Notes under the pieces: generated by a model
Seen by the model: the letters and a program-made list of their open reading frames with translations, nothing else
Databases searched by the model: none
Told to the model about the DNA's origin: nothing
Shown here: one piece after another, positions 57,284-58,635 of the stretch
How positions within the stretch are numbered: the stretch's first letter is position 1
Layout of the letters: each line of letters begins with the position of its first letter
Program-made: the position numbers and the translations under genes
Origin: an uncultured Bifidobacteriaceae bacterium
Lineage (GTDB): Bacteria > Actinomycetota > Acidimicrobiia > IMCC26256 > PALSA-555
NCBI GenBank assembly: GCA_964555735.1
Contig: CAZKTS010000114.1
Span: 1-58,635 of the forward strand
Reading direction: 5' to 3'
DNA: 58,635 nt

Positions 57284-57655
57284 GTGGCGGACGACCAGCT
57301 CTCCCGAGTCCTGGCCGCGCTGGCCGATCCGACCCGGCGCGACATCGTCGCCCGCCTCGCCGTCGGCGACGCCACCGTCGGGGAGCTGGCCGATCCCTAC
57401 GACGTCTCGATCCAGGCGGTGTCCAAGCACATCAAGGTCCTGAGCGAGGCGGGCCTGGTGACCCAGCGCAAGGACGCGCAACGCCGGCCGTGCCACCTCG
57501 AGGCGGAGGTCTTCGACCTGATGACCAAGTGGATCGAGCGCTACCAGCGCCAGGCCGAGGCGCGCTACCAGCGTCTCGACGCCGTCCTCGACGAGATGCG
57601 CGAAGACCAAGGACGCACCGATCACCGCACCCGCGAGCAAGGAGCAGCGTCATGA
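57284..57655 (+). CDS. ArsR/SmtB family regulator
   Basis: LAALADPTRRDIVARL...TVGELA...AVSKHIKVLSEAGLV; RBS AAGGAGG then GTG 57284 (ATG 57260 also in frame). Confidence 0.92.
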   Translation: MADDQLSRVLAALADPTRRDIVARLAVGDATVGELADPYDVSIQAVSKHIKVLSEAGLVTQRKDAQRRPCHLEAEVFDLMTKWIERYQRQAEARYQRLDAVLDEMREDQGRTDHRTREQGAAS

Positions 57656-58137
57656 GCACGTCCGACCACCCCGAGGCCTCGATCGAGGCCGACCCGAACC
57701 TCCCGATCATCCGCATCACGCGTGACTTCGCGGCGACGCCCGCGCAGCTGATGCGCGCGCACACCGATCCCGAGCTCTTCGCGCGCTGGGTCGGCCCCAA
57801 CGACGTGGAGACCAAGATCCTCGACTGGGACGCGACGACCGGTGGACGTTGGCGATTCGTCGGATGGCGCGACGGCGAGGAGTTCGGCTTCCACGGCTGC
57901 TTCCACGAGGTCGGCGAAGCCCACATCGTGCAGACCTTCACGTACGACGGTCAGCCCGACGACGTCGCGCTGGAGACGTTCTGGTTCGAGGACCTCGGCG
58001 GCGGCCGTACGCGGCTGCGCGCGCAGTCGCTGGTCGACAGCTTCGAGAGCCGCGACCAGTGGTTGGCCAGCGGCATGGAGGTCGGTGTCGACCAGGGCTA
58101 CGCGAAGCTCGACGCTCTGCTCGCGGAGCTCCGGTGA
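57652..58137 (+). CDS. SRPBCC / AHSA1-like protein
   Basis: ITRDFAATP...AHTDPELFARWVGP...GGRWRF...GMEVG...YAKLDALL. Confidence 0.9.
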   Translation: MSTSDHPEASIEADPNLPIIRITRDFAATPAQLMRAHTDPELFARWVGPNDVETKILDWDATTGGRWRFVGWRDGEEFGFHGCFHEVGEAHIVQTFTYDGQPDDVALETFWFEDLGGGRTRLRAQSLVDSFESRDQWLASGMEVGVDQGYAKLDALLAELR

Positions 58138-58635
58138 GCACGCCGGCCGAGGAGCACCGGCGCGTCGCGGCCGTGTTCACCGAGACGGTGGAGGGCGTCG
58201 GTCCGGGGGACTGGGACCGACCTTCGCCCGTCGACGGTTGGGTCGCGCGCGACGTCGTCCGCCACCTGACCGAGTGGTTGCCCGCCTTCCTCGAGGGGTC
58301 AGCAGGGATCACGCTGCCGACCGGGCCGTCGGTCGACGCCGACCCGGCCGGCGCGTGGCGCAGGCACACCGAGGCCGTGCAGGCACTGCTCGACGATCCC
58401 GAGACCGCGGAGCGAGAGCACGACCTTCCGCACCTCGGGCGGATGTCGGTCGGGCAGGCGATCGACACGATCTACACGCCCGACGTGTTCCTCCATCGGT
58501 GGGACCTCGCGCGGGCCACAGGTCAGGACGAGACGCTCGACCCGGCAACGTGTGCGGTGGTGCTCGAGGGCATGCTGCCGATGGACGAGGTCCTGCGCCA
58601 GAGCGGCCAGTACGGCCCGCGTGTCGAGGTGCCCG
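58134..58635 (+). CDS. TIGR03086-like protein, runs off the window end
   Basis: My translation from GTG 58134: MSTPAEEHRRVAAVFTETVEGV...WDRPSPVDGWVARDVVRHL...VFLHRWDLARATGQD. Confidence 0.85.
   Translation, partial: MSTPAEEHRRVAAVFTETVEGVGPGDWDRPSPVDGWVARDVVRHLTEWLPAFLEGSAGITLPTGPSVDADPAGAWRRHTEAVQALLDDPETAEREHDLPHLGRMSVGQAIDTIYTPDVFLHRWDLARATGQDETLDPATCAVVLEGMLPMDEVLRQSGQYGPRVEVP

Overview
High-GC actinobacterial DNA (Acidimicrobiia-like; the taxon is inferred from gene content and style, not verified) in three parts. (1) 1-19.2 kb is mostly housekeeping. It holds a cobalamin-riboswitch locus (divergent ECF T gene, squalene-cyclase-repeat surface protein, DUF4430-like anchored protein, cobO), a coupled DNA MTase-nuclease fusion / small ORF / stand-alone paralogous nuclease trio, ccdA, TetR-P450, a DrrAB-type ABC exporter and small enzymes. 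(2) 19,266-40,120 is a ~20.8 kb integrative mobilisable element in tRNA-fMet. It is bounded by a 51-bp att direct repeat with tandem arm-type repeats and carries a tyrosine integrase, Xis, a MobF relaxase with an R388-like oriT hairpin, and dense defence-type cargo. The cargo is a 1,059-aa HEPN-like/helical protein, a DUF4268 nuclease, an NYN + HTH-MTase + half-HsdS operon, a full type I R-S-M system, an unknown/PD-(D/E)xK pair, an MNT-HEPN pair and a frameshifted DUF429. (3) 40.2-58.6 kb holds secreted proteins (four glycine-rich ALK/LTK-like paralogues), two adenylate cyclase-STAND ATPase-TPR paralogues flanking a vapBC, and small enzymes and regulators. The best candidates for new biology are: the NYN/HTH-MTase/single-TRD operon with twin promoter palindromes; a terminal F[T/A]G-stop motif shared by four signal-peptide proteins, which may be a TM-less sorting signal; and the MTase-(dead nuclease) plus paralogous nuclease trio. 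All family calls come from motif recognition by eye; no database searches were run.
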